This document shows, one piece after another, positions 1 through 14,222 of a stretch of DNA of 64,000 nt. The DNA comes from Microthyrium microscopicum. Its lineage: Eukaryota. Both the position numbers and the translations under genes were made by a program. Location of the stretch: positions 1-64,000 of the forward strand of contig MU004243.1 of the NCBI GenBank assembly GCA_010405405.1. Direction: 5' to 3'. A model generated the notes under the pieces. The model searched no databases. It was given only the letters and a program-made list of their open reading frames with translations, and was not told the origin of the DNA. Position 1 is the stretch's first letter. Every line of letters begins with the position of its first letter.

Positions 1-3000
1 GTATTACTATTAGAAACTCTATCTATATAGAAAGGAGAAGTAATAATAAGAGTATTAAGTAAATTAGAAGCTATAGCTACTATAATAAAAATATTATTAT
101 TAAAGCCTAGTACCTATTAAGATTCTATAGCCTTAAGCTCTTAGATTAATTTATAATCTATATAGTTAAAACTATTAAGTTAAAGCTAATTTTTAAAGGC
201 CTAAAGAAATTAATATATATATTCTAGCATAGATAAATACTAACTAGGCTAAGTATTTAAGATAAGGTTAATAAAATAGTTAGTTCTATAATAAGTATAA
301 AGAGTAGTAAATAACTTAATCCTATTTAATTTTATAACTCTACTATATATAGATAATAAACTTAGTTACTATATAAGATTAGCTATAAATAATTACGTAG
401 ACTCTATTATATTAGTAGTATTATAACTATTAGACTCTTACATTAATATATAACTTATAGTAAAGAATAGTCTAGAAGGTAAGTACTAAAAAAAAGGCTT
501 ATAACCTTAAGAGTTAGTAATAAAGTAAGTATAATAACTAATAAAATCTAAAGATAAGAAAGAAGGTAATTTAGGTTTAGCTATATTAACTATTATTAGG
601 ACTTATATAAATAAAGAAGATAGCATTAGTATATCTAAGACTATAAAAAAATATAAAAAATATATTTAACTATATTTATACTTACGCCTATACTTAATAT
701 AAGCTTATAAGTAATTATATCTTTACTAGCGCTAATAATAGTTAAGCTTTATTACTTTAGTAAGTAATATTTTATAGTCTAATAGTAGTTAACTACTAAA
801 AATATTATAAAGTATTTATAAAGAGAAATAAGTAGAATTATCTTTAGGCTTAATAAAGGTTAGCTAAATTATACTAATAATATATTAAGTACTTATATAC
901 CTAGATTAACGTCTTAAGGCTTTATTACATAAAGCATAATAATAAAGATTCTAAATAATTATAAGAATTTAGGTCTTATTAAAAGTATTACTCTTTAAAA
1001 TATTTACTTTTATAAAACAAGCTAGAGGCCTATCTAATATTATATAAAAAACTAATTAACTAAGGAAGCTTAATTTAGGTAGTAGAGGAAATAGAACTTA
1101 TAATCTTAAAGAAGAATAAACAAAGAAAGTAATACTTAGAAAAGAGAAGAAAAAGAAGAAGAAGAAAAAGAAGAAGAGAAGTTATTTTATAAATAATAGC
1201 GCGCTACCTATAAAGAAGTAAAAACTTAATACTATTAATGCTATTATTATTTACTAATATAGAAATAATACTAATTAAGTAAGCCTTCCTATATAGAACG
1301 TATTTAACGTACTAACTATATAGTTAGCTAATTAGATAAACTATAACTATATAATATATACTTTAGGAATAAGATAACTACTACTATTACTTAATATAGT
1401 AAGATCTTATTTAAGACTAAAAATATAGAATAATATCTCTAGCTTCTAATACTAAACGTATTAAACGTTTAAACTATATAGAGTACTTAGAAATAAATTC
1501 TAGGTAAGAGAATAATACTAGATATATAACTTCTAGACTACTTTAATATAAAAACTATAACTATAAAAAGTATAAGATTAATACTATAGCTAATTAAATA
1601 TATAGGTTTACTATATCTAAACGTATATAACTCTATAATAAACGTATAATTATAAAACTACTTAATATTTATATTATATCTATAAGTAGGATATTATTTA
1701 TAAAATACTTAGAATAACTATAAACGTTAAATAATATAATTAGAACTATTAATAATAATACTAGTATAAGTATAATTAGGAATATTATATTTCCCTTTAG
1801 AGTTATTATAAATTATAATTAAGTAATGCTATAATATAAAGACTTCTTTACTTAATAATAATATAAAACTAACTATTTTTTATATTATATTTTTAATATT
1901 ACTACTATATAATATGCCTTAAGTTAATAGGTCTAATTAGTAAATACTTATATTATTAAAATTATATTAAATATTCCTCTTCTTTTTAATTATAGTACTA
2001 CTACTTTATAAATTTCTAATAAGGTAAGAGATAATTCTAAATCTTTATAGTAATAGTTTTCTACTATATACTTCTCTACTTACTTCTTATAGGCTCTATA
2101 GGAGTACTTAGTAATAAGAGTAAATTTAAAGATTAACTATTAGACTAGGCTTAAACTATACGTCTTTAAGTAGTAAGCTATAGCTACTTATTAAGACTAG
2201 TAGATATAGCTTACTACTTATTAGAACTACCTATAAGATTATTAAGGGCTATTTTTACTTACTTACGTTTTAAGCCTATATAAGATAGCTTTAATATTAA
2301 GGAGGACTATATACTTAGTAATAGATAGCTATTTAACGCTCTTAATAGTAGAGAATTGCTATATATATTATTAGGTTAAGAATAAGATATAATCTAAGAT
2401 ATATTATTATAAAGGGTTAAGAATTAAAGACTAGGAATAGTCTTAAGTAGAGATATAATTAGTTTATAGATATAAAAAGAGCTAGGCTTCTAAGTAGATA
2501 GTTTATAAAACGTATTTTCTATAAAGAGAAATATAGCTTATATTAAGTTATCTAGTAAATTAATTAAGTTTAATATTAGTAGTATATTATTATATAAATA
2601 GCTAAATATTGTATTTATATTATTAAACTATAATTTTAGTAGCTTATCTAAGGACGAAGTTCCTAGTAAGACGTTCTTAGTAGGACTATTTTTCTTAGTC
2701 TATTTATTCTTAGTATTTTAGTCTTATAGCTTATACTAAGTATTATATTTAATAGTACTAGTAAAATAAGTAAGCAACCTATTAGAATATATTATAGCGT
2801 TAAGCTAAGTAGAAAGACCTAGTACTAGTTTATATAATTTGTTCTATATAGCATTAGATAAATATAACTAACGTAGTTTATTTTAATGCTATCTAATTGG
2901 ATTTAGATTATTAATAACGTTACTATAGTTAGCTAATATAGCCTTAGTAATATTTACCTAAAGTTAACTTAATTTCTATAATAGAGAGGAAGGAATTAAC

Positions 3001-6000
3001 TAGTTATTATAAAACGAAAATATCTAATTAATTAACTAATAATAGGACTCTATACGTTATTAAGCCTAGAATAATAAATAATCTATAGTAAATCTAGCGT
3101 AGGTCTTTACTATTAGCATCTTAATACTTAGCTTAAGGTCTTATATATTAAGTAGTTAGTTAAATAATTTAGGTTAGTATCTATTATAATAATAGTAAAG
3201 AACGCGCATTATAGAACTATTAGTCTTCTTTATATTCTATAGATATACTATAAATACTACATAGTAATAATACTAACTATTATGTTTAAAACTATTTACT
3301 ATTATTAACTATTTAGCATTATTAGAATCTAAATAATATTATTATTCTATTTTTATCTAGTATTTCTAACTATTTAGAGCCTTCTTAAGAGATCTTACCT
3401 TAGATAGACTAGCTATAAGCGTTTTAGTTAGACTACTAATAAGCGTAGTTAAGTCTACTATCTAGATATAATAATCCCTAATAGGACTAATACTAATAGT
3501 AGACTTATTTCCTAATACTTTTAGTCTATTCTACTTATAAAGCTTTTAGTAATCTAGTAGTAAAATTAATAGAGAATATTTAGTAAGTTTCTTAGAAATA
3601 ATTTATTTACTATATAGATTACTAACTAAGTTAGCCTTATTAATATTCTCTTAAGCAAACTAAGGATAATAAAGACTAATAGTATTAAATAACTAGTATA
3701 GAAGAAAGATATAGTAGATATTTTATATATTATCTTAGTTATTTCTACTAGCGTAACTAAGACGTTACTAAATATTACTAAGCTTATTACTAATTAGAAT
3801 ACTCTACGTTATAATACGTTTAATATTAGTAATATTTATATCTATACCTAAAGCTATAGTTATAAATATAATATAAATTATTAAGTCTTCTTTTTTAAAT
3901 TTATTAAATTAAGCTTCTTAATCCTCCTTAGACATCTCTTTATAGTAATATTAAAGTATAGTAATAACACTTATAGAGGTCTATTTAGGACTATTAGTAT
4001 ATACTTAGTTATAGAAGGTTATATAGTTATTAAGCTATCTTTACTATTATTAAAGTAGATATATATATAAATAATTAGTAGTATCTTAGATCTTATTAGT
4101 ACTATTAAGAAATACTATAGTTTTAGGTATTTTTTAAGGAGTAGGTACCCTATTAGTATTAAATACGTTATTTAATAAGTACTCTAGGCTATTATAAGAG
4201 TTAGTTTTACTAAAAGATATTACTTTAACTTAAAGCCTAATATTAAGGCAGTTAAGATTAGTATAAATAAAATAAGTATAAGCTTTATTTATACTAATAG
4301 GCCTAAAACTAGTAGAAATAAGTAAAGTACTCTTAGCTTCTTTACTAAGTATTTTAGTATAACTAAACTATATAAGACTTTAAGGAAATAGGCTATAAAG
4401 CTAGTAAAACTAAGTATAGAATCTATAGAACTCTATTCTCTATTTATATACTAAATAATACTTATTTATAGTAAGAAGACTTATCTAATATTATACTCTA
4501 AAGTCTATTAATATATTCTAAACTAAATTATAAGTTAACTATTCTAAGGAAAGTAATAAGTAAGTAATCTATTTGCCTTCCTTAGTGCTCTAAAGTCTTT
4601 AGATAATAGATTTTTTATTATAGAGTATTATACTTTAATTAAGAATTTAGGCCTTAGTTTATAGAATAATATTAATATTTTTTACTTATTACTTACTAAG
4701 CGTAGTAAAAGGAATAACTTAGATTATAACCTTACTAGTTAATAATATATAATACTAGAAAATAATACTTTTCTTATACTTAGTCTAAGTAATTAGAATA
4801 ATATCTTATTATTAGAATATAAGGTAATAAAGAGCTTTAACCTAACCTAGATAAGGAGTATAATTACTACTATTACAAGTATCTAATATTACTTTTAGAT
4901 ATGAACTAATAGCCTAATACTATTAAATACTATCTAGAGTATAAAAATAGTTTATAATCTAGAGTATTAATACTAATAATATCTCTTTAGATAAATCTTT
5001 AAAGATCTCTATTTAGTAGCTATAGCTATAATAAGACATAATAATTCTAGAGATATTATTATACTTACCTCTATTATTACTATTAACTATAATAAGTAAT
5101 TTAAATACTTCTATTTATTTCTTTATCTTATCTTTTAATAAGTAACTATAAGGACGCTATAGGACTAAGACTATAAGTAGTAAGTTATTTCTAGACTTAT
5201 TATTACGTAAATAGCTACCTTAGGAACCTTTTAACTTAGTAGCTTTTATAGCTTATCTTAGTATTATAGCAATATAAAGATCTTATAAATAAACTTACTT
5301 CTATCCTTAATTACTATATTAGCTAACGTAATAATAGTATTATTAATAGCTAAGTAAAATAATATAGAGAATTTGTATTAAATAATTCTTTATAAATTTG
5401 CTATATATATAATATAGTTAGTAAAGTAAGTACTATACTAATAGATCTTACTATATAGTAGATATAGTTAGTAAAGTAAGTACTACGCTAATAGATTCTA
5501 CTATATAATTAGTATAGTTAGTATAGTTAGTATAGTTAATAATATTAATAAATCTTACTATATAGTTAGTATAATTAATATAGTTAATTATGCCTATAGA
5601 CCTTACTATACGTTTATTATAATTAACTAAGGCTAGTATCTTACCTATACTAGATAATAATAAAGAATATATAGAGATAAGTTAATTATACTTTATACTT
5701 ATAAGGATATATTAAGAGAAGTTTAAAACTAGTATTAAGTTAAAGATATACTTTAAGATATTATAACTTATAAAATAATAGATATATAATATAAATATTA
5801 GGGGCCTAGTTTAAACTAGTATTAAAGAAGGGTTATAAAAGGTTTAAGTTTTTATATATTTATTTTATATACTAGAAGTAATACTCTATCTAATAATATA
5901 TTTTATAAGAAGAAGAGATATATAGTAATAGAATTTTAGGGAGTAGGTAAATTATAGAATTATAAGTATTAACTTAGTTTTAAGGAGGTTAATAATACTA

Positions 6001-6288
6001 TTTATTAAGAGAGTTATAAGCGATAATACTATTTAAAACGTAGTTTATTTAAAAGCTACTAACTTACTATATTTTCTATAGTAATTTAAAGTAATACCTA
6101 ATAGTAATAGTAGAGATAAAGATAGTTAAACGTTATAAGAAGAAATGTTATAAGCGTTTATACTAATAAATTCTATAATCTAATCCTAGACTATTAGATT
6201 ACGGTTTAGGAGGGTGGTAGTTACTAATAATATACTTACCTAATTTGGGTCGTCCATGCGATCCAATTAGTCTGGGTCTCTGAGATAA
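1..6288. mobile_element. RIP-degenerated AT-rich element, one end visible (continues left of the window)
   Basis: CpA/TpG are depleted and TpA enriched, and no ORFs survive. There is an abrupt switch to normal composition near 6240-6290. The block ends in CTGAGATAA (6280-6288), identical to the terminus of the 32298-62922 element. Confidence 0.8.
5413..5600. repeat. Local tandem repeats (~50-bp unit x2 plus TATAGTTAG-like repeats)
   Basis: TATAGTTAGTAAAGTAAGTACTA(T/C)(A/G)CTAATAGAT occurs at about 5413 and 5463, followed by repeated TAGTATAGT. Confidence 0.6.
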
Positions 6289-6352
6289 CCCTTCTACGCG
6301 CCGCGTCTTTTCGCAGTTCTTGCAACGAACCTTTTAAACAATCAATACTGAA

Positions 6353-7480
6353 ATGTCTAAATTTCTTCTCAATCAAGTAGTCAAAGGCAGCAAAGGATCA
6401 TACCGCCTCATCAAGTCTCTTACACCACACGTTTTTCAAGCCAAAGTCGAAGGCACAACCGATTTGTAGGCCTTGTTGAAAACTTGGAGCATTAACGCTA
6501 ACGTGCCTCAGAGCCGCAATCAAAATTCCACCAGCAAATCCATACTTGTTCAACGACGAGAAAAATACGTACTCATGGCAAACCATCAAGACATGCCCTC
6601 ATATTCGATCCCTTCGCGAGTTCATCGATGACGAATCAAGTCAATGTCTCGTTTTTGAGTGGATGGACAGAACACTCTGGGATGCCAAGGATGAATCCAC
6701 CGAACAGAAAATGAAAGCCTTCAAGGCTGTTGCCAGATCATGCCTACAAGGTTTACTAGCGTTCCAAAAGATGGACCGCGTAAACGACTATTGCCATGCA
6801 GACCTGAACCCAAACAATATCCTGATTAGTGGCTTCCCGGGTGCAAACCCTATTGTCAAGATCTCGGATCTCGGATTTAGTAAGATTCACGATGTACGTG
6901 AGCCAAGTCATAGAGTCTAATCACATCCAGCAACTCGGGCTGGCTCAGTTGATAAGCATCAAGCACGGCTGCAAGGCGATGCAATTCGAGCGCCAGAGAT
7001 CTGGAAAGGCGCAGCGCCAACTCCTGCTATGGATGTGTGGTCACTGGGTGTTTCTGTAAGTCATAATGTGCTCTATATGATCCAATATTTATCTTTGACA
7101 TATCTTTGGCTAACGCAATCTGCTCGTGCTAGTTGGCGGATTGGATTACCGCTAAAGCGGTATTTGGATATGGTGGATGTAACATTGAAACCAACTTTGG
7201 ACCAGATGTGACTAAGAATGCTTGGGCCATCGCCAAACTTCACAAGGTTAGAGGCGCCCCGTTATGCGATCCTCTAAAGGAAGAGTACAGCTCAGACTTC
7301 ATTGTGGCGGAAGCATTCCTTCAGGATAACTTAGTGAAGGACCTTAGCCTTCGGGAACAATTGGGCCAGCAGCAGATCCCGTCGGACTGTATCAGCTTCA
7401 TTGAGGACTTGCTTACTATAGATCCCGAAGAGCGTCCATCTGTGGATGATGCTCTTGCTCATCCATATCTACAAATATAG
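6353..7480 (+). CDS. Ser/Thr protein kinase-like protein (divergent, 4 exons)
   Basis: Spliced reading MSKFLLNQVVKGSKGSYRLIK...AAIKIP...HADLNPNNILI...VKISDLGF...RAPEIWKG...MDVWSLGVS...LLTIDPEERPSVDDALAHPYL contains the kinase subdomain motifs. Three GT-AG introns join the ORF-track fragments in frame. Confidence 0.85.
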
Positions 7481-8238
7481 AACTGAGGCCCGGAGGCTTT
7501 TACATGGATGTTTTGGACAAGTATACTTGGCAGACACAACATCGAATTATTAAGCACACTTCTCAGCTGAATCGTGAGCGACTCAAGGGATTAAATCAGC
7601 GGTTACTGGGCCGAATAGCCTGGGTTGTTTCTTTTGTTACCTGCCAAAGCCCACATAAACGCCAGCGATTGTGTAGCGGAACGGTCATGTTCACCGGTCA
7701 CAGCATTGATGGCGCTAGGCGCCGCTCAAAGAAGTCGGCTCTTTTGCTAGCAGACATGCCACACGGTAAGCGCAGCCATTGAGCTCTATGTGGTCACTTG
7801 AAACCAGCTCAGCAATCCCAGCGCTTAGTGGTTCATCACGCACCCACGCAACGCTTGCTCATTGATTGACCATTACCTATCAATCATGAGGCTATCAGCA
7901 GCAATTGAAGTTTGAAATTAGCAGCCTTCACTTAGCCCCGGACCTGACTTGAATCAGACTTCTCGCCGCGCAAGTTATTCTGCGGCACAGGTAGTCTGGC
8001 ATGACATTTCTCAATGAATGCCTTCGCTCAAAAGTGTATTTAAGCACGCATGCTGCCTCAATAAGAATCAGATCACAATTCTACAGAGCAAACAAACATC
8101 ACCTTCCAAAGTTTATATATCTGATTAGTCTTTCTGTTGAGCAATTCTTTCTATCGCTAATTCATCTGTTCATCATTCCTGAGTTGTTCAAACCAATCCG
8201 TTCTTAACTTTATACTTTCAATCACTCAATCTCACGCC

Positions 8239-8797
8239 ATGTCGGGCTCACAACTATTGAAGACCGCGGTCGGCATTCCCATCTACCTTGCTAGGCAAGT
8301 GACAGTCAAGGGACAGGTTGTTGCCTATCGTTTGGTAGACGCCATCGGCCAGGAGCAGAAAGACAATGCAGCCGATAAAGTCGCAACAGCCTTGGAAGGA
8401 AATAAGATGCTTCCAGAAGACATCAAGAAAACTGTGAAGGCGGTTGAGATCACGTAAGTTGCCTTCGGTCGATTTGTATTGAGCTTTGATTGCTTACAAT
8501 CACAGCTCCATGCCTCATCAGAGCCCTATGGATCCTGCACCACACATTTCAGTAGATGTCCAACTCGAATCTGGAGCCAACATGAAGGCACACATTCCAA
8601 GCGATGGAAGCGAGCAACAGGTACTGCGAAACCCTTTCACCTTCAGAATCATACATGCTGACCCACAAAGCCCGCCAGGTAGTTACAATTGTGATCACTT
8701 GCCTCTGGAAGAGACAAGTAGAGATACTGTTCCAGACGATGGCCATTTCGGATTACTGGTATTACGCATTCTTCGCCATATCCACATGTTTTACTAG
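8239..8797 (+). CDS. Small hypothetical protein (spliced; 3' end uncertain)
   Basis: ATG at 8239 in good context (CGCCATG). Intron 8454-8505 (GTAAGT...CAG) joins ...AVEIT to SMPHQSPMDPAPHISVDVQLESG in frame. A further intron may start at 8621. Confidence 0.55.
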
Positions 8798-9545
8798 GCT
8801 CTCCACTATGAGAATAGGTACATATTGCAATGATGAACAGCCAAAGCTATAGCAACTGCTGAATGAAACTTGAGTTATCAATATATGCTTGAAGCGAAAA
8901 AAAAACTTTGACCGTGTTAAAAGATTTTGATATGATAGCCACCTCAACTTTTGCGTTTAAACTTTTGCGGGTGTTACGCTGGTAATGTTGCTGATTTCAT
9001 GCAACAATAACACTTGCGGACTCTTTGCACTCATTGAACCCCTTCTATTATATCAGAAGTCAGGCACTTACAGTTAGGCCATACCCAAGTTGCAACACTG
9101 CGAAAGTAAGCGTCGATGTGCGGCGAAGGGTGCTGAGTAGGCCATTTGAACAAGGAAGCAAGCATACCGCGCACGGTCAGCTGTGATGGTGACTGAAATG
9201 AGCGAGGCGCCGTGTATTGAAGACCGCTTCATCGAAATGTCGGGTTTTACCCTTGTGTAGAAAAATTGTACAGATTACCTTGAACTGACAGGTACTGAAG
9301 TTTCAGAAGGGTAGTTAGTACTACTATGTAGTTGTACAAGTAGGGTAGGATAAGCGGCTTTAGCGCGATAAGCGCTGAACATCATTGATCACCAAACCTT
9401 AATGGCAACTTCTTGTTCCAGTTGCATACACTGACATCTTTAAGACGTTTCACGATCTGTCTGCTTGTTTCGACCTTCAGGTCGATACTCCATCATCACA
9501 ACGCACACGCTCTTGATAGAAGCATGATATAAAGCTCTAGCAGCT

Positions 9546-11651
9546 ATGTGGCAGGAAAGGCGCCCTTCCACGCAATCACCATCGCCGCGAACTGCCTCTC
9601 CGCTCCCTCGCCGTCCAACCTTAAACACTGGGTCCCAATCTGCGCGACCGGGCGCACTACCACGATCGTCTTCTTTATCACTGGTCTCATCTCCATCCAC
9701 GTCCACCACAAACCTGGGATTGACTCTTAGACATGCGAATGGATCCACCCTGCGACACGAACTCCGCGCAGAGCCAAGCTTCAATACGCCGGATCCACTG
9801 CAGGTGTTAGAAAGCATATTAGGCGGGAAGCTTGCCAATGGACAGGCTAGTGATGCGCGAGGTCGGGAGCTTGGAGATGACGAGCTACAGGATCTGGACG
9901 ACATCAATTGGGAAGGCTTGAGTTTAGAGCAATTTGCTAGTGAACGAGGGCCCGAAATGCAGAATGGCACTTCGAATAAACCGGCATTTGATCCTGCGGA
10001 ATGTATGAATCTTGTCTTGAGTTCAGCTCAATGGTCTTAACTCACAGCGCATAGGGGACAGGGAGAAGACTAGATTCGAAGAACTTCATAAATCTATCAA
10101 GGTATTTGGGTACCAATTCCAGGCTCGGCGATCGGAAGCTGATCCGTGTTGTAGGCATGCGACCAAGTCCTTAAATCTGTGGAGACATATCTCGTGGGCT
10201 TCCAGGCTGACCTTGGGGCCGTTTCCACGGAAATCGAAACATTACAGTCTCGGTCTACTTCACTAAACTCCAAATTGGAAAGACGACGGGTGGTAGAGAA
10301 GCTTCTTGGACCATCAGTTGAGGAATTGGGACTCTCTCCAGAAGTTGTTCGAAGCATTGTGGATGGGCCAATTGACGACAGCTGGATTTATGCCTTGGCT
10401 GAATTGGATAAAAGATGTAAAGCGGTCAAAGCCAAATCGAAAGAGCAAAAGCAAATGAAAGCGCTAGAGGACCTGGAACCTCTTCTGGAAAACCTCACCA
10501 ACAAAGTAAGGAAACGGACGCAATATTATTACTGCAACTGACAATATTAGGCCGTTTCGCGAATACGTGATTACATTGTTGCCCAAATCAAAGCCTTGCG
10601 ATCTCCAAACATGAATGCTCAGGTCATCCAACAACAAGGCTTCCTGCGATTCAAGGACTTGTATACTTTTCTGGCATCCCATCAACCACAATTGGGAAGC
10701 GAAATATGTCAGGCCTATGTAAATACCATGAGATGGTATTATCTCAGCCAATTCACCCGTTACGAGGCAGCCTTACGGCAAATCAAACTCCACACAATTG
10801 ATAAAACAGATTTAATAGGATCTGCTGATGATCCAACTGTGCGTCGAGCAAAAGGACCACCAGCAGCGCACGATGCGTTTTCAATAGGACGACGCATGGA
10901 TGTCATCAAGACTACGTCTTCGTCGGCCATTGCATCACATGTAGCCGAAGAAGATAAATCATCACATTACCTGGAAGTCGTATTCAGATCCTTTAATGTT
11001 GCAATTGTTGACAACGCATCCTTTGAATACACTTTTCTCAGTTCCTTCTTTTCTCCCGCCCAAAACTTTCACACCATCCGAAGAACCTTCGACTCTATAT
11101 TCACACCCACATTCAAACTCGGACAGGAGCTTACCAAGTCGTTGGTTGAAAACAGTGCAGATGCTATTGGTATCTTGCTCTGTGTCCGGCTGAATCAACA
11201 ATTTGCCTTCGATTTTCAAAAGCGCAAAGTCCCACCTGGAGAAGGCTATATCAACGCAACAAGCATGCTGCTATGGCCACGATTCCAGATTATCATGGAC
11301 CTCCATTGCGAGTCTCTACGAAAGCTTTCAGCAACAGCGCAGTCAACAGCACCTCATCCTATAACGCAACGCTTTGCAAGCTTTCTTCAGGCCATTCTGA
11401 AGCTGAGCAGTGAGACTGGTGATGACGAGCCAGTGTCTCGCAGTTTGGGACGATTGAGTACAGACTATGAGTCACTCATAACCAAGCTTAGCAAATCGAT
11501 AGGGGATACAAGGAAAAGAGAGCGGTTTCTTTCCAATAATTACAGCCTTATAGTGACTATATTGGAAGAGGGGAGTGGGAAACTGGCTGATGAAAATAGG
11601 CAGCATTTCTTGGAGTTGCGAAAGGCTTATGGCGATTCTGCAGTAAAATAG
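9546..11651 (+). CDS. VPS52: GARP complex subunit Vps52 (Sac2 family)
   Basis: Multi-exon gene with the family-typical segments LVGFQADLGAVSTEIETLQSRS, LRSPNMNAQVIQQ, AYVNTMRWYYLSQF, LLWPRFQIIMDLHCES and FLSNNYSLIVTIL. Confidence 0.92.
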
Positions 11652-12178
11652 AGGTATCAAAATGAAAGGCTGACGCGGTGAATTCAATGAATTAACGATA
11701 TAATGCAATTTAATATCCGTTGAAATTGGTTGGCTTGACACCGCACCTGCTATGGAAGAGATGCTGTGTTTCCCATCGCATTCGGTAATCTCGTCGATGT
11801 CCCACGCGCTCGATTTAATGGGAGACAGCTGGATACATAGAGTTGCCTTGATCATCATTGATCAAATGGCCAGCTACAGCCTACCGGTAGTAATTCTGGC
11901 GAAATGACATGACTACTATGTAGGCGGGGTCAACATATCAGAGTGCACGTAAGTTAGTAATTGTCACATCACGCACGTATTTTTCAATTTCTACCAAGAT
12001 TTGAAGGACTAAATGATGACGGAGCATACGCTAACTAAATTGAGAAAATATCTGTCCCACTAAGGAAGAACCCTGGGTGATGTCGAAGGTCGCTGGGGTG
12101 TGGGGCTTTTTTATATAAACGCTCGACTCATTTCCATTTCCACTACCTATTTCACCCACCTACAATTTCAGCGCAAAC

Positions 12179-14222
12179 ATGGCCGAACAAGTTCAGAAGG
12201 TCGTTGACGCTGCCAAAGATGCCGTCTCTAATGTTACTGCCGCCGTAGCTAATTCCTCAATTGCACCTTCTTCTGCCTCTACCGAGGCCCCGTCTGCCAA
12301 GCTCCTACTCGATGATGAGACTGGAGAAATGGTCTCCAAATCAGAGTTAAAGAAGCGCCAGAAAGCGCGTCAGACTGCCGCCAAAAAGGCTGAAAAGGCC
12401 GCTGCTGCCCCACCCCAACCGGAAAAGAAAAAGGGAGGGGACGATATGTCGGACTTGAATCCAAATGTGCGCAAGCATCTAACTCCAAGTAACCCAAGGC
12501 TTACAAGTTGTAGCAATACTTCGAACTACGTACTCGCAAAATCGAAGAATTGCGCAAGTCCAAGAACCCAGATCCGTACCCACACAAGTTCCAAACCAAT
12601 TTCGAGCCAGCCAAGTTCCACGAGAAATATAATCATTTCAAGCCAGGCGATCAAGAACAGCAAACCGAGATTCGGCTAGGAGGACGTATCATAACTCAAC
12701 GAACCGCTGGTGCAAACCTCCGATTTTACGATGTCAAGTGTGGTGAGCTTTGAACAAAGACACACTCTGGGAAACAGGCTAACTTTATCTGTAGAGGGTG
12801 TTATGATTCAAGTCATGTGCCAATCGAACAATGCGACCAAACCAGAGACCTTCCTGGAACAGCATGAGATACTCCAGCGTGGAGATATTATTGGTGTGGT
12901 TGGATTCCCTGGACGAACGAATCCAAAATCAAGACAAGGTGAAAACAAGGGAGAATTGAGTGTCATGGCGCAAGAAGTCACACTTCTTACTCCATGCTTG
13001 CATATGTTACCGACTGTCAGATATGGTTTCAAAGACACAGAAGCTCGATTCCGCCAGCGATACGTGGATCTGATTATGAACGATGCTTCGCGAAACACTC
13101 TGATCGCGAGGACGAAAATTGTCAAATTCATCAGTAATTTTCTCGACGACCGAGACTTCCTCCAAGTTCAAACTCCAATGATGAATCAGATTGCTGGAGG
13201 TGCGACAGCCAAGCCATTCAAGACCTTCCATAACGATCTCGACATGGATCTTTTCATGCGTATTGCCCCTGAGCTGTACCTCAAAATGTTAGTTGTTGGA
13301 GGTCTAGACCGCGTGTACGAAATTGGCCGACAATTCAGAAACGAAGGAATCGATCTCACACATAACCCCGAATTCACAACGTGTGAATTCTATTGGGCGT
13401 ATGCAGACATGTACGACGTTCTAGACCTGACCGAAAACATGATCTCGGAAATGGTCAAGCATGTCACAGGTGGCTACAAGACCAAATTCACAACTCAAAG
13501 CGGCGAGGTATACGACGTGAACTGGGAAAAGCCCTGGAAAAGAATAGAGATGATACCAGGCCTGGAGGAGGCATTAGGTGTCAAGTTCCCACCTGGCGAA
13601 GAGCTTCATACCGACGAGACCAACGCTTTCCTGAAGAAAATTCTCATAGACAAGAAGCTCGACTGCTCTCCACCACTCACAAATGCACGCATGCTCGACA
13701 AACTAGTGGGAGAGTACCTGGAGGAGGTGTGCATCAATCCCACATTCATCATCGGCCATCCACAGATGATGAGTCCACTTGCCAAATACCATCGAAGTCA
13801 AGCTGGACTTTGTGAGCGATTCGAGGCTTTCGTATGCAAGAAGGAGATTTGCAATGCTTATACTGAGTTGAACGATCCTTTTGACCAGCGCCTGCGATTC
13901 GAAGAGCAAGCGAGGCAGAAGGACCAGGGTGATGATGAGGCTCAATTGGTAGACGAAACCTTCTGCAATTCTCTCGAGTATGGCCTCCCGCCAACAGGAG
14001 GGTTTGGTTGTGGTATTGATCGACTGGTCATGTTTATCACAAGTAAGTTATTTGGAGTATTCTTCATCTTCATTCGCTAATCTGTGAAAAGATCACTACA
14101 GCATCAAGGAAGTGTTGGCATTCCCATTTATGAAGGAGGACACTAGCGCTCAACAACACCAGCTGGCAGCTGAGCTGGTCGGCATCAAGCCAATGCCAGA
14201 AGAAGCTATTAAGCACAAATAG
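12179..14222 (+). CDS. KRS1: Cytosolic lysyl-tRNA synthetase (class II)
   Basis: N-terminal [10 protein letters not shown] and PYPHKF, then [15 protein letters not shown], motif 2 [15 protein letters not shown] and motif 3 [15 protein letters not shown]. Last exon reads [14 protein letters not shown]...stop at 14220-14222. Three introns. Confidence 0.97.
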
